Virus record (IMG/VR): IMGVR_UViG_3300027758_000008 | Coordinates: 1 to 64,000 of that record | Length of the DNA stretch: 64,000 nucleotides | Reading direction: 5' to 3' (one strand) | Origin: a virus | Shown here: piece by piece, positions 36,437-47,134 of the stretch | Numbering within the stretch: position 1 is the first letter of the stretch | Layout: every line of letters begins with the position of its first letter | Made by a program: the position numbers and the translations under genes | Notes under the pieces: model-generated | Told to the model about the DNA's origin: nothing | The model's database searches: none | The model's input: only the letters and a program-made list of their open reading frames with translations

Positions 36437-37772
36437 GACCGGTCTGACTCCAGTTAATTGACATTAAGTTGCGGGTTCCGCTGAACTGTAACGATATGTC
36501 ACCGCCAGTCATGCACAATCCGACCTCGTTAGGGTATTCCAGCAAGTTCCACGCAATGAAATAAAGATATTCTTTCGAAACCTCTTTAAAGTCTAAGAAA
36601 TAATTCTGTATCCAAGTTCTATCTACGTTATCCAGTGACACGCTATTGCTAAACCCCTTACGGATAATGCTGCGAGACGTGAACTCGCCGCCGTCAGTCA
36701 TGTTGTTACGGTATACCGTATTGTCAGCCATGGTAATAGGCGTATGCCCGCTAAAGAATGGGCGCTGCAATTGCAGAGCGATGCCTGCTGAGATATAACC
36801 TATACCTACCGAACCTGTGCCGCTGCACACGATTTTTATCCTGCGAGCCGACACCGTGCCGCCAGTGTAGTGAAACATGAGCGGTGTGTTGTCAGTCGGG
36901 TTTTTACCTGTGGTTAATGGCGTGAATGAACCTGTCGTTCCAGCTGACCACTCAGCGCCAACAGAAAACAGTGACGTTCCCAGTGTATGAGCGCCTACGC
37001 ATATTGTGTCAATATCAACGTTAGCGGGTAATGTAATGGTAATCTCTGCGCCGCCTGTGAATGTCCATTTTTTGTATGTGTTTGGCACTAACGCATAAGC
37101 ACCATTGGTGCCGGTTGTCACTGACACGCTATCGTAATTTAGCAGCAGGTTGTCATACAATATCCGCGCATGGTTAAGCGGGAAAGGTGGCGTTGTGGCT
37201 GTGCCGCTCGTAGCTGTTATCGCTGTCGGAGAAGTTATTGCCGCTGCTGACTGTGGCGTTTTTGCTGTCGGGGCAGAAATGGATGCGCCTGAAACAGATG
37301 ACAAAGCAGAAGGCGACGAAATGCCCGCTAGTGCCTCGGCGCTCCACGCCACAGGGGATGATATAGAGGCGGCAGAAGCTGCGCTATAAGATGTTGGCGA
37401 TGTAATACCAGCAGCCGATACAGACGAATAGTAAGCAGGACCGCTAATGGACGCAGTAGAGACTGGAGAATGAGCGCTTGGTAGTCCAATCGACGCATCA
37501 GCAATTCCGCTAAATAGCAATGGTGCAGATATAGACGCAATTGACACAGCAGTGCTTGCCGACGGCGCAGTTACGGATGATTCGCTGACAGCCGAATATG
37601 ACACAGGCGTAGATATGCTACCGGCAGACACAGCGGATAGCGCATCAGGGTCGGTTATGCTCGCCCCGCTAACAGCAGTTACAGCAAAGGGTGAGTCAAT
37701 AGGCCAAGCCGGTGACGGCGTTAGCGCTCCCTTGTTTGATGTAACGCTAAAGTCTGTAGGTAGCGCAGTCAT
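36423..37772 (-). CDS. Distal-tail-like protein with N-terminal 14-aa Ser/Ala/Pro repeats
   Basis: Follows tape measure gene; ~13 repeats each ending in Pro. Confidence 0.6.
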   Translation of the reverse strand: MTALPTDFSVTSNKGALTPSPAWPIDSPFAVTAVSGASITDPDALSAVSAGSISTPVSYSAVSESSVTAPSASTAVSIASISAPLLFSGIADASIGLPSAHSPVSTASISGPAYYSSVSAAGITSPTSYSAASAASISSPVAWSAEALAGISSPSALSSVSGASISAPTAKTPQSAAAITSPTAITATSGTATTPPFPLNHARILYDNLLLNYDSVSVTTGTNGAYALVPNTYKKWTFTGGAEITITLPANVDIDTICVGAHTLGTSLFSVGAEWSAGTTGSFTPLTTGKNPTDNTPLMFHYTGGTVSARRIKIVCSGTGSVGIGYISAGIALQLQRPFFSGHTPITMADNTVYRNNMTDGGEFTSRSIIRKGFSNSVSLDNVDRTWIQNYFLDFKEVSKEYLYFIAWNLLEYPNEVGLCMTGGDISLQFSGTRNLMSINWSQTGHGSV

Positions 37773-37781
37773 TACGGCTCC

Positions 37782-37904
37782 TTATGGCGCGTCGATTGGT
37801 GCTGGCGTTACTGGTGTTGCGGCGCTAGGCGGTGATACTGTGCCTTCACTAACCGGAGTGTTTGCGCTAGGCGCTGGAATTGTTGCCTCGTTTTCAGGTG
37901 TCAT
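37782..37904 (-). CDS. 40-aa Pro-rich ORF built from the same 14-aa repeat
   Basis: MTPENEATIPAP SANTPVSEGTVSPP SAATPVTPAPIDAP; in frame with the next gene. Confidence 0.45.
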   Translation of the reverse strand: MTPENEATIPAPSANTPVSEGTVSPPSAATPVTPAPIDAP

Positions 37905-37905
37905 G

Positions 37906-40029
37906 TTAACCCCCTATAAAGTTAAAGTCATACCCATCACCCGCAAGGGCTTTGAGCAGGTCATACACTTGCTGCCCTGATACCATATCAGAAGGGTTTA
38001 AGCCGCGAATATCAAATGTGCGGTTTGGTGCTTGAGCGCCAGCAGATGTCGTAGTCGTATTTGTTGCAACCTGTCCGCCTGAGTATGATTGCCCAGTGCC
38101 TGCGCTTCCGTAACTGGTGGACATAATACCCTTAACCTGAGCGAAACTTGCAACAGACTGTGCAGCAGCAAGCGGTATATTCCATGGGTATGGTGTTGCG
38201 GCCATGGTTTTAGACACGGCGGCATAGCCATCAACAACGGCTTGAGATACAGCAGCAGCCTTGCCAATCTCAAACATCTTACGGCTTTCGGTGTTCATCA
38301 GGCTTGATAGGTTGCCGAACATGCTAGAAAGCATAGATAGTTTTGCTTGCTTTTCCTGTTCAGCCAGTAGTAACCTTGCCCTTTTACCTTTCTCCTCGAG
38401 GCTTGTTTTCTGTCCCTCGAAATTATTTATCGCGTTAAGCTCTGCAAGTCTAAGGTTATCAAGAAGTGCCGCTTTTTCCTCGCCACTCAATACTTCAGAC
38501 TCTTTTATCCTTGCTGCCTCATCTTGAATTTGCAAAACTCTCGCATCCGCTTGAGTTTTTAGTGAGGCGATCCTTTTTGCCTCAGAGTTTCGTTGAGCTT
38601 CTTCAAGCTCAGTCATTGCGCCAGTTTCAACGGCTACCCTGTTGCGCGTGGCGGCGTTAAGTAGCTCTGACTCTACAGCTACGCTTGATGTTAATATCTG
38701 AACTCTGCGTCTTGCGGACTCTCTAGCAGCATCTATTCTATCTTGCTGTTCGTCTGTAACTCCGCCCGTCTTTCCTTGAGCCGTATCAAGCTCAGCGCGA
38801 AGCTGCACAAGCTCCCTGCGCAATTCGGCTACAGATGCTTGGTACTCTTTGTTTTTGACTGCGCGACGGCCTGTTTGATTTGAGCCTACCGATGTCGCTC
38901 TTGCAAGCGCCTCTTCGGTGGCTATTTGCGCCTCCTTCTCTGCAATTAGCTCTTTTATCTTAGCTATGCTTTTATCTTTCTCCCTTCCTTCTTCTGCCTC
39001 TACTTGCGCCAAAAATTCAAGTTGATTGGATGTAAGCTTTGCGTTTTCTTGAAGCTCTTTAAGCTTGTCAACTAAGTCTTTTGTTGAGTCAGACGAGTCC
39101 ATCATGCTAGGCACAAAAGCCATAGCTAAAGACGCACCGATACCCACAATCGCACCCACCAATGGGGCGCCCAACACGATACCCAAGTCAGCGGCTTGTT
39201 GTGAGAATGCGAGAAGCGGTGAAGTGCCTGCCTGAACTTGTCCGACGAATTGCTGTATTTGAATGCCGGCTTGGCCTGAGTTTTTGCTTAACTTAACAAA
39301 TCTGCCAGACATAACATCGGCGCTATCAGACATCCTTGCCATTGCTGTATTTACAGCGGTAACATTCGCTCTCGCCGAATTGGCTTGTTCAGCGTAGCGC
39401 TTTAATGCCGCTGTCGCCTCCACAAGCTCATTGCCATTCTTATCAATGACGCGGTTGTTGTCATCAACAGTATTTCCTAGGCTTATTTGTCTTGATATAG
39501 CATTAGCTAGAGTGCTATTTGCTTGCGATAGCTTGTCGTTTAACTGGTCAGCGCCCTCTCCTAAAAGTGAGTAGCCGCCAGCCGCCTCGCTTAGTGAGTC
39601 GGCTAGATTTGTTGCGACCGTGGTTTGCGTAGCAATGACAGTAGATGCCTTCTGAGACCTTCCGGTCAAAGAGTCCATCATTGCAGCCATTTTTTCAGAT
39701 CTATCTGAGGCGTTATTAAAAGCAAGCTTTAATGATGCCAGCTCATTGGTAAGGCCTTTTGCCTTAACTCCGTAAGCGGTTAAAACGTTCCCGTTTTCAT
39801 CAATTGACCTGCCAGCCAAAACCTGTTCGGCAGCAAACTCAGCCAAAGCATAACTTGCAGCATTGTATGACTCGCGTATTTTGTAAAAAGCAAGCGAGCT
39901 TTGTTTTGCAGATTTGTCTATCTGTTCAAACGAACGGCTGGCTGATTCATTTGCCTGCTTGACTCTTTGAGCGGCTGATACGGCACCGGTATCGTCAACC
40001 TTTACATCAAAAGCGATATCGTTAGCCAT
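37906..40029 (-). CDS. Tape measure protein
   Basis: 707 aa, helical, Ala-rich; QIQQFVGQVQAG...QQAADL motif; follows the chaperones. Confidence 0.88.
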   Translation of the reverse strand: MANDIAFDVKVDDTGAVSAAQRVKQANESASRSFEQIDKSAKQSSLAFYKIRESYNAASYALAEFAAEQVLAGRSIDENGNVLTAYGVKAKGLTNELASLKLAFNNASDRSEKMAAMMDSLTGRSQKASTVIATQTTVATNLADSLSEAAGGYSLLGEGADQLNDKLSQANSTLANAISRQISLGNTVDDNNRVIDKNGNELVEATAALKRYAEQANSARANVTAVNTAMARMSDSADVMSGRFVKLSKNSGQAGIQIQQFVGQVQAGTSPLLAFSQQAADLGIVLGAPLVGAIVGIGASLAMAFVPSMMDSSDSTKDLVDKLKELQENAKLTSNQLEFLAQVEAEEGREKDKSIAKIKELIAEKEAQIATEEALARATSVGSNQTGRRAVKNKEYQASVAELRRELVQLRAELDTAQGKTGGVTDEQQDRIDAARESARRRVQILTSSVAVESELLNAATRNRVAVETGAMTELEEAQRNSEAKRIASLKTQADARVLQIQDEAARIKESEVLSGEEKAALLDNLRLAELNAINNFEGQKTSLEEKGKRARLLLAEQEKQAKLSMLSSMFGNLSSLMNTESRKMFEIGKAAAVSQAVVDGYAAVSKTMAATPYPWNIPLAAAQSVASFAQVKGIMSTSYGSAGTGQSYSGGQVATNTTTTSAGAQAPNRTFDIRGLNPSDMVSGQQVYDLLKALAGDGYDFNFIGG

Positions 40030-40572
40030 TATCTAAACCCTTTTCAAACTTTTCTAACTGTTCAGCCATTCTGCCGAGCTGTTTTTTCTCGAACATACCG
40101 GCCATTTCTGGCGGCCTATTCATGGCAATGTAAGTAAAAATATCTTTAGGCGAACACTGCCAGTACTCGTTAGGTTTCATGCCGTAGGCGACGCACTCAC
40201 GCAGCAGATTAGGCCATAAGTCGCTAAGGTCTACTGCGCTTGTGTCTTTCCCTCGTCTGACTGCTCACCTTCCCATGTTGGACAAAGTGCTGTCAGAATG
40301 TCGCTGAATGCGCTTGTCACCTTGGCTGTATTATCCAGGCTGTTGAGCGTATCCCAAATATCCATAGGGTCAACATCAACACCGCCTCTAGATAAGATGA
40401 GACTAATCAGCTTTGAGCCTTTGGCATAATCAGGAATTTCACCCTTGAAGATATCGCGAGCCAATAAGAAGGGGCTGCCCATTTCGTCGGTGATGTCCTG
40501 TGCTAAATCAATAGTCACAGGAACCTCGACTTTATTTTCACCCCAAGTCAGCTTGATTTTGCGATAGCTCAT
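40022..40572 (-). CDS. Tail assembly chaperone B (40231..40572) and its -1 frameshift extension
   Basis: Homolog of 99..649; slippery site at 40252-40246. Confidence 0.8.
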
Positions 40573-40573
40573 A

Positions 40574-40990
40574 TTAAGCCACCGGATCGGTAAATGTGGC
40601 CGCGCCAGTAGATGACATTGAAAGACTAAACTGCATCAATTCACCAACTGAGCCTGAATCCTCAAAGCTATCTAAGAAGAAATCGCCACTAATCACTGAG
40701 CCGCTTGTGCCTGCGTCATCGGCAGTACAAGTAAGCACTACAGCGTAAGCCTGTGAGCCTGTTTGCATGGCAGATTTCAACAGTGAGTTGTTGCGTGTTA
40801 CACCGCTACCGGTGAAAGAAATTGATTTCTGAGTTGGCGTTGCATGGGCGTCTGCCCATTCACCGGAAGTGTCGCCGGAAGTGTCGCCGCGTGAATTTGA
40901 GATTGAAAGCGATTGCTCCACTAAAACAACGGCAGTACCGCCAATTGTTCCGGTCCACTCGCGTTTGTGAATACCTGCACCTACTGACAT
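40574..40990 (-). CDS. Major tail tube protein B
   Basis: Same protein sequence as 651..1067. Confidence 0.8.
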   Translation of the reverse strand: MSVGAGIHKREWTGTIGGTAVVLVEQSLSISNSRGDTSGDTSGEWADAHATPTQKSISFTGSGVTRNNSLLKSAMQTGSQAYAVVLTCTADDAGTSGSVISGDFFLDSFEDSGSVGELMQFSLSMSSTGAATFTDPVA

Positions 40991-41024
40991 GGTTTAATCC
41001 TCATGGTTGATTTATAGTCATTCT

Positions 41025-41063
41025 AACTGGTCAAACCACTAGACGCAATATTTATGGTATTGT
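41025..41063 (+). promoter_or_regulatory. FadR-like box promoter, no moron downstream
   Basis: Identical to 1102-1140. Confidence 0.65.
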
Positions 41064-41072
41064 GGGGCCGGG

Positions 41073-42575
41073 TCAACACTCAACATTCACAGAAAACCTA
41101 ACCATCCAACGGCCTGAGCCTGTGCGCATGGGTCGGCCAACTGATTCGGCGGTGTTGACTACTTTCATGGTGCCGCTATCATACGACAGGTTGTTAAATA
41201 GGTACGTTTGGCAACTTGTCGCATCGTTTACCAAGGTCAGCCAGTCATCGGGTAATTCTGACACATCACTAAATAGTGTTACTTGAATCAGGTATCGAGC
41301 GGTATCGGTGTTTGATTCTCTGCCGGTAGCGTTAACCAGACAGATTGACACGCTATCATTAGTAAACGGCAGTGCTGAGTCATCCCAGAAAACAGCATGG
41401 TGATAGCCAGTGAGCACATTGTCGATTAGTGTAGTACGAATAACTTCCGCTGGTAACGTGCTTGCGCTCATTTGCTCATTTCCTCTCTAAATACTTCGCT
41501 TAGGTTTATGCTCTGCAATCCATGTTCAATCCAGCGTGATTTTGCGTTAGGGTTTGTTAGTGCTCCACGCTTACCGGATGCGTCAGGGCCACGCGGAGAC
41601 CAGTTGTCATTGTAGTACAACCAACCGGCATAGGCTGTCGTATGGTCGCCGCCATAGCTTAATGTGACAGACCATGTGCCACCCTCTCGAACAGGCGTGG
41701 TCACTTCCTTCGACTGTAGCAAGTCGCCCGTATCCATCGGCACAAAGTAATCAGAAGCCGTGCCAAGTCGCCATGCGGTCATGTAACAGGCATCTTTTGC
41801 CTTAACCTGTAGATCTTTGGTCCATGCGTCCAGCTTGTTGTTTGCGTCCGTGTATGACTTTCCTGGTTTAAATGGCATTAGCCGGTCAACAACACATAAT
41901 CTTTACCGCCAACTAAAGGCGAGGCGGTTTCCACCTTGACGATTTTCTCAGCGCCTGACACTGGCGTTAAATCGGCATGTTCGCCCACCGCAATCATATC
42001 ACCCTTCTGCGCGCTGGCGTATTTTGTCACATAGGTTGTATTGGGCTGGAATTCTTCCTGCTCGTCATCACGGCGAATAGCGCCACCATTCTTGAACCTA
42101 GCGTCAAACGTAACAGGCGCATCCCAGCCGCCACCGTATGGTGACGATGATGTATCAACAGTGGACTTGCGCCATATAGTCACAGTCTCTTGTGGGAATT
42201 GGCCGATAATGGTGCTCATCCGCGCTGCACCTGTAAAGGATACGTGCCACCCTGACCAATAGCGGTCAGCACACAGGCTCCCGCGTCCATACCTTGAAGC
42301 AAATCAAGATATTGATTGCCGGAGCCTTTGCTTGTGTCGAATGATACCGAATCGCCGGTAAAGCTAGACTGGCTTGAAAGCTGCCCGCCTGACTGCTGCA
42401 CAATCATCGCCGCAACGCCGTACATCTTAGCCAATTTAGCCTGAGCGTCACTGTAGCCGCCTGTGGTAATACATGCGTCTGCTTCGTCAACCACATCAAT
42501 AATCATTTGAATTGATGCGTCTGACAGGCTGTTAGGTACAAAATCCCGCACCTCTGAAACTGTTATCGTAGCCAT
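41073..42575 (-). other. Head-tail connector genes B (41073-41471, 41468-41878, 41878-42219, 42216-42575)
   Basis: Near-identical to 1414-2916. Confidence 0.8.
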
Positions 42576-42804
42576 TGTATTTTCACTCTACCGTTACGCA
42601 CGTAGCGTATTGTTGTTATGCCCTGGTCACGCAGATATTTGCGCAACGCTTTAGCCTACTCCAGTGTAACCTGTTTATCCAGCCCGTGAATAGTCACCTC
42701 ATTCATGGGCCAGAAATACGAAAGCACCGTAAAACATTCGTATGTCATTTCGTCCGGCGTACTGCCTATCTCACCGAACCGGTATGGTTCGATAAGGGAC
42801 TGCA

Positions 42805-44325
42805 TTATTTAAAGATAATCCCTTCTGGGTCAGGCGTATTGGCTGTTAAGTTGAACCCACCAGTTGAGCCTGTTGCAACAATCACTGAACCATCGAAACA
42901 CCTGATAGGCTGACCACCTGTTGAGCTTGCAGTGCCGTTCTTGAAGTTAAGTCTAGATGCCGTACAAGACACAGCAACAGTGTTGCCTGTAGTAGTAGCA
43001 TTGACACTCTGAGCATTAACATCTGAGCCTCTATTTACAACGATAGGTGTAGCACCAGACGCTGAGTAACCAGTGCAGTCTGCCGTTTCCATCTCGACAC
43101 ACGACGAAGTAATATCAACAGCCCTTACCGTAGAAGCGCCTGCTGAGAAGTCAGCAGCATAAGCGTTAACCTTAGAGCTAAACTTAACATCCATACAGTT
43201 TACGGTTGCACCTGAGCAGTTCATCCCGTCGGCGTTCAGTGTTGATGCGTTATCAACCAGCACGTTAGTACCTAGACCGCCTGAGAAGTCAGCGCTTGTC
43301 GCTGTGACCGTTGAGCCGCCACCTATAGCAAGGTTGTACTCCCCGCATCCTGTAGCGCTGCAATCTCTCACGTTAGCAACAGATCCGTTACCAGCCCTTA
43401 TTCCGCGAGTTCCAGCTCCATCCCAGATGCTTCCCCTTGCATAAGCAAAGCCGTTGACTAAGTAAAGCCCCCGGCCAGTTGCGTTTTTGACTCCTGCTCC
43501 TTGCAGTACTACAACCTTTCCGCCCCAAGCGGCCATTACGCCGTGCTGCTTGGCACTATCAGCAGAGCCTGACGTGTCCATATTGAACAATACGCCAATA
43601 TTCGGCAGTTGTCCGCCATTGACCGCCAAGAATGCCGGAGTTGAGTTGTAATCCAGATTGGTGATATTCGTCGCTGCTAGTGCGCTGCGCTGAATAGTCA
43701 CCTCCGCGTCATCAGACGTAATGGTGCACCCTGACAGGTTGATACCATCTACAATAACCTGCTCTGCCATAACAAAACCAGAAAGCAAGTTTATTGTTAC
43801 TTTTGGATTAGACGGGGTTAGCCCTTTTCCTAGTGACAGGTAGAACGCTTGCGCCTCGTTAATGGTTGAGAAGTTCCCGCCAGTGCCAACCGTCCATGTA
43901 ACATCTGAAGTTATTCCGGCTGCTGGTGATGAAACAACACTTGCCACACCCCCAACCAACTGCACCTCATAGGGGCCGTCGGAGGCTTGGACTTTGATTG
44001 ACTCGTCAGCGTCGAATGAATAATTCTTACCAGCGAAATAGCCCGATGCAGTAACATCTGCGATAGTGTCAGCGGTAAAATACTGATAGGTTCTGTCTGC
44101 CAACTTAACCAAGCAATCACCATCTGAGCTAACGATAGCCACAAAGCTATTATTAGGACATAGGCAGTTAATTGTCGCGTTACCAGGATTGTTAAGCGTT
44201 ACCGATGACAGGTCAAAATAACCAGCCTGTGACACGGTATAGCGGTCATCGTCGGTTACATACTTAAAGTTATTGCCGGTCTTGGAGCGCGGCATTTGCT
44301 CTAGGTTTTTCAGATTAAAGGCCAT
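42805..44325 (-). CDS. Conserved N-terminal module fused to a probable beta-helix (pectin lyase-like) domain
   Basis: First ~130 aa as in 3003..4598; then TVG.GG.FSTINEA and repetitive G/A/S/N-rich coils. Confidence 0.65.
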   Translation of the reverse strand: MAFNLKNLEQMPRSKTGNNFKYVTDDDRYTVSQAGYFDLSSVTLNNPGNATINCLCPNNSFVAIVSSDGDCLVKLADRTYQYFTADTIADVTASGYFAGKNYSFDADESIKVQASDGPYEVQLVGGVASVVSSPAAGITSDVTWTVGTGGNFSTINEAQAFYLSLGKGLTPSNPKVTINLLSGFVMAEQVIVDGINLSGCTITSDDAEVTIQRSALAATNITNLDYNSTPAFLAVNGGQLPNIGVLFNMDTSGSADSAKQHGVMAAWGGKVVVLQGAGVKNATGRGLYLVNGFAYARGSIWDGAGTRGIRAGNGSVANVRDCSATGCGEYNLAIGGGSTVTATSADFSGGLGTNVLVDNASTLNADGMNCSGATVNCMDVKFSSKVNAYAADFSAGASTVRAVDITSSCVEMETADCTGYSASGATPIVVNRGSDVNAQSVNATTTGNTVAVSCTASRLNFKNGTASSTGGQPIRCFDGSVIVATGSTGGFNLTANTPDPEGIIFK

Positions 44326-44948
44326 TACTGCCGCTCCTCCCATTCGAGTTGATAAAGAAATTCGCTATCTGTTGTGCCGTTGATATTCGTAAATACCAAC
44401 AGGAAAGTATTACCAGCGGCTACACCGGACGCGTTACCACTTGCTGTATAGCTTGATGATGCCCGACTACCGCCACCCGATGTTGGAACAAGGTAAGATG
44501 TACCTGTGCGCTTGGGTGCAGTTGTGCTGAATGATGTTGCAATGCGCTTTTCAATCGTCACGCCGCTTGTGGGATGCGAAGCCAAACCGCTAACAGACAG
44601 GTCGTTGTTAATTGGTGAAAGCTTGGTGCTTGTCACGTCTGCCCACGAGCCGCCGCTAATAGTCTCACTGCCGGTGAACGGGTAAACAATGTATTTGCGA
44701 CCACCAGCCCACCCGTTAATTAGGCGCAACTGTAGTTTTAGCGGGTAAACAGTTGTAAACCGATAGATGAGAATATCAGTATCAGCAATCGCATCAGCGC
44801 CGCTGCAGTCGTCAAAGAATTTGAACTGCAAGTTAGCTTCAAAGCTTGATTGCTGATTATCTACAGCAAAGCGCGCAGTGTTTTTGTTTTGCGTGGTCAG
44901 CAGAAAGTCTGCCCACGCATTGGGAATCAATCTATTCAGAATCGCCAT
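44325..44948 (-). CDS. Hypothetical virion protein B
   Basis: Homolog of 4598..5221. Confidence 0.65.
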   Translation of the reverse strand: MAILNRLIPNAWADFLLTTQNKNTARFAVDNQQSSFEANLQFKFFDDCSGADAIADTDILIYRFTTVYPLKLQLRLINGWAGGRKYIVYPFTGSETISGGSWADVTSTKLSPINNDLSVSGLASHPTSGVTIEKRIATSFSTTAPKRTGTSYLVPTSGGGSRASSSYTASGNASGVAAGNTFLLVFTNINGTTDSEFLYQLEWEERQ

Positions 44949-45101
44949 TGCTCGCCACCTTCTTACGTCTCGTGCGTTTAGGCTTTGGCGCTTCTTCTGG
45001 CTTGAATTTAGCGTCGATGATTTTGTAACCCTGAGCACGCAATTCTTTTTTGCGTTCAGTCGTTACAGGGTGAGGCTCGTAAATGACTTTCATAGCTGTC
45101 T

Positions 45102-45140
45102 CACTGGTTAGACCACTTGTTACGTACAGTTTACTATAAT
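45102..45140 (+). promoter_or_regulatory. FadR-like box + TATAAT promoter of moron array B
   Basis: Identical to 5384-5422. Confidence 0.75.
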
Positions 45141-45172
45141 GGCTAGAGTTTAGGCAAATTTGGAGAAGGGGA

Positions 45173-46140
45173 ATGATTGAATCAATAGAGCATGCAAGGC
45201 TATTGTACAGAAATGAATACCGCCTTTGCGCTGAAGTTCTCAGGCTGCCAATTAAGCGTTGCGAGAAAAGAGCACAGGCGGCTTACTTCAAGGCGCTAGG
45301 CTACAAAGTGAGGGTTAAGTGATGAATACGCTAACATTAAGGTCATACGAGTGTACTTTAGATATTCAACGCGAGCAGGGCGTGACGCTGGATGCATTTT
45401 CCCACTCTAGTGTGCTAATCGACCCTCATCGCTACCACCTTGAATTTGAAACAGAGGATACAGAAAGATTTGAACTTGGGGAGAAGTGGGATGTTGCCAT
45501 TATTGAATATCGCGACCTTAAAGCATCAAACCCGGCGCTAGCTATTAACGAAGCGCAGAGGTTTGTTTATTCTGGAGCAACATACCACGGAACATTTATC
45601 GTTCAACATAAGTGGGAGCACGGAGTTGAAATGGTTTGCGAAGGTGAGCTTATAGGTGTGATGGAGGGCATTGGTGATGAGTGAAGAAGATTACGAATAC
45701 ATATTCCGTGATAGGCACGAATCAAGCATTCCGTATATTGACGCGGGGGATTTGGATGATATACGCATTGACGGTAGTTTTTCACTTGGTGAGCTTGAGC
45801 GGCTTGTGTGGGCATTAAAGGATAGGGAGGGCAAGTGATGATTAAAGAAACAGCAGTAAACGGCCCGTCATTTGTAAGTCGCTGCGGTGGCGGTCATGGC
45901 GGTGCGTGGATAAGCACAAGCGGCGGGAGCGCTGGATCATCTAGCTTTGGCATCAAAAGCCTTGAAGTTGACACGCGGAAGGGGGTAAGCGTTCCGTACT
46001 GGGAAAAGCGCGTCAAGCAGATTGGAAAAGGTAAGCGGCATTATTTTTATATTGACAAAATGTGGCACTACATTGAGCTTGATGAAGTCTTGCCGCCACT
46101 TATTCATTACAATGTCAGAATAACAAAAAGCCCCGCGTAA
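45173..46140 (+). other. Moron array B (45173-45322, 45319-45684, 45677-45838, 45835-46140)
   Basis: Coupled ORFs between the shared promoter and shared terminator. Confidence 0.65.
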
Positions 46141-46166
46141 GCAGGGCTTCTTTATCTTAGCTAACC

Positions 46167-47126
46167 TTATGACTGGTCGCCAACAGTAAGCACACCAGCA
46201 GTATGCTTGATGTCTGTTGCGACTTTATCCCAGTTAGTGCCGGTTGCAATTTCCGCATCAGTCGGAGACTTACCTCCGTTGGTTTCATCCCAAGCGTAAC
46301 CTTTCAAGCCAAGACCAAACGTGTAATCAACCTGCATTGTAGTTTCAATGCGTTGGTTGCCGTTAGTGGTCTCGATGTTGCTGATTACGTCGCCTGCATC
46401 GTGAACTACTGCCGCACCTTCAACCAGTGAAAGCACTTTGTAGTCAGTGGTCGATACAGTCAGCGCTGGCGCATCGGTAACAACAACCATCTTGCCTAAA
46501 ATGTCCACAACGCGCACGTTTTGCGCTTGGAACAGCTGAGGCGTGTTAGTCAGGTTCTGACCAACTAGGTTGTGGTAAGTCGCACCGTTCATAATCTGGC
46601 AAACCAGATTGCCTGAGTGGTCGCCGAACTTAGCATGAGCAGCGTTCATTGCTGAGTAGCTAATGCCATCAGTAGCTGAAACGTCATTGGTAGCCGATGC
46701 CTGATTCTCGATAGCTGCAACCAGTGCCGCAATAGCGGTGTTTAACTGGTCCTGCATCATAGCTTCAGCAAAGTTACGGCTGGCAACTTCGATACCGCGT
46801 GCGGTAGGTTGGCGCAACCATGTAAGTTGTGAAGGCTCATATCGAATCGGGCCAAAGCCACCAGCGATTTTAACGCTTGAGTGCTTCAGTTGGGTCAGGT
46901 CGGTCGCAGACGCAGAAGAGTTAGACGCGTAACGGTCAACACGACGCTGCGCAGAGTGAATAGCCGCAAAGAATGATTCTTGCAGGAAGTCACCGTCAAA
47001 GCCTTCTGTAGTCAAACGGATTGCACCGGCAGACGCTTGGTTAAACTTGTCAACCATTTGTGCCAGAGTTTCAATTGTGGCAGGCATGATGTATTCATTA
47101 AATACCTGCATATCTGATAAAGCCAT
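46167..47126 (-). CDS. Major capsid protein B
   Basis: Homolog of 6648..7607. Confidence 0.85.
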   Translation of the reverse strand: MALSDMQVFNEYIMPATIETLAQMVDKFNQASAGAIRLTTEGFDGDFLQESFFAAIHSAQRRVDRYASNSSASATDLTQLKHSSVKIAGGFGPIRYEPSQLTWLRQPTARGIEVASRNFAEAMMQDQLNTAIAALVAAIENQASATNDVSATDGISYSAMNAAHAKFGDHSGNLVCQIMNGATYHNLVGQNLTNTPQLFQAQNVRVVDILGKMVVVTDAPALTVSTTDYKVLSLVEGAAVVHDAGDVISNIETTNGNQRIETTMQVDYTFGLGLKGYAWDETNGGKSPTDAEIATGTNWDKVATDIKHTAGVLTVGDQS

Positions 47127-47134
47127 AAATCACC

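Larger units (their letters stand above)
1..39923. mobile_element. Phage genome unit A (siphovirus-like, circularly permuted, apparently complete)
   Basis: Full set of terminase, portal, capsid, tail, lysis and replication genes. The tape measure gene 5' end (1-106) is continued by 37906-39923, so the unit closes into a circle. Confidence 0.92.
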
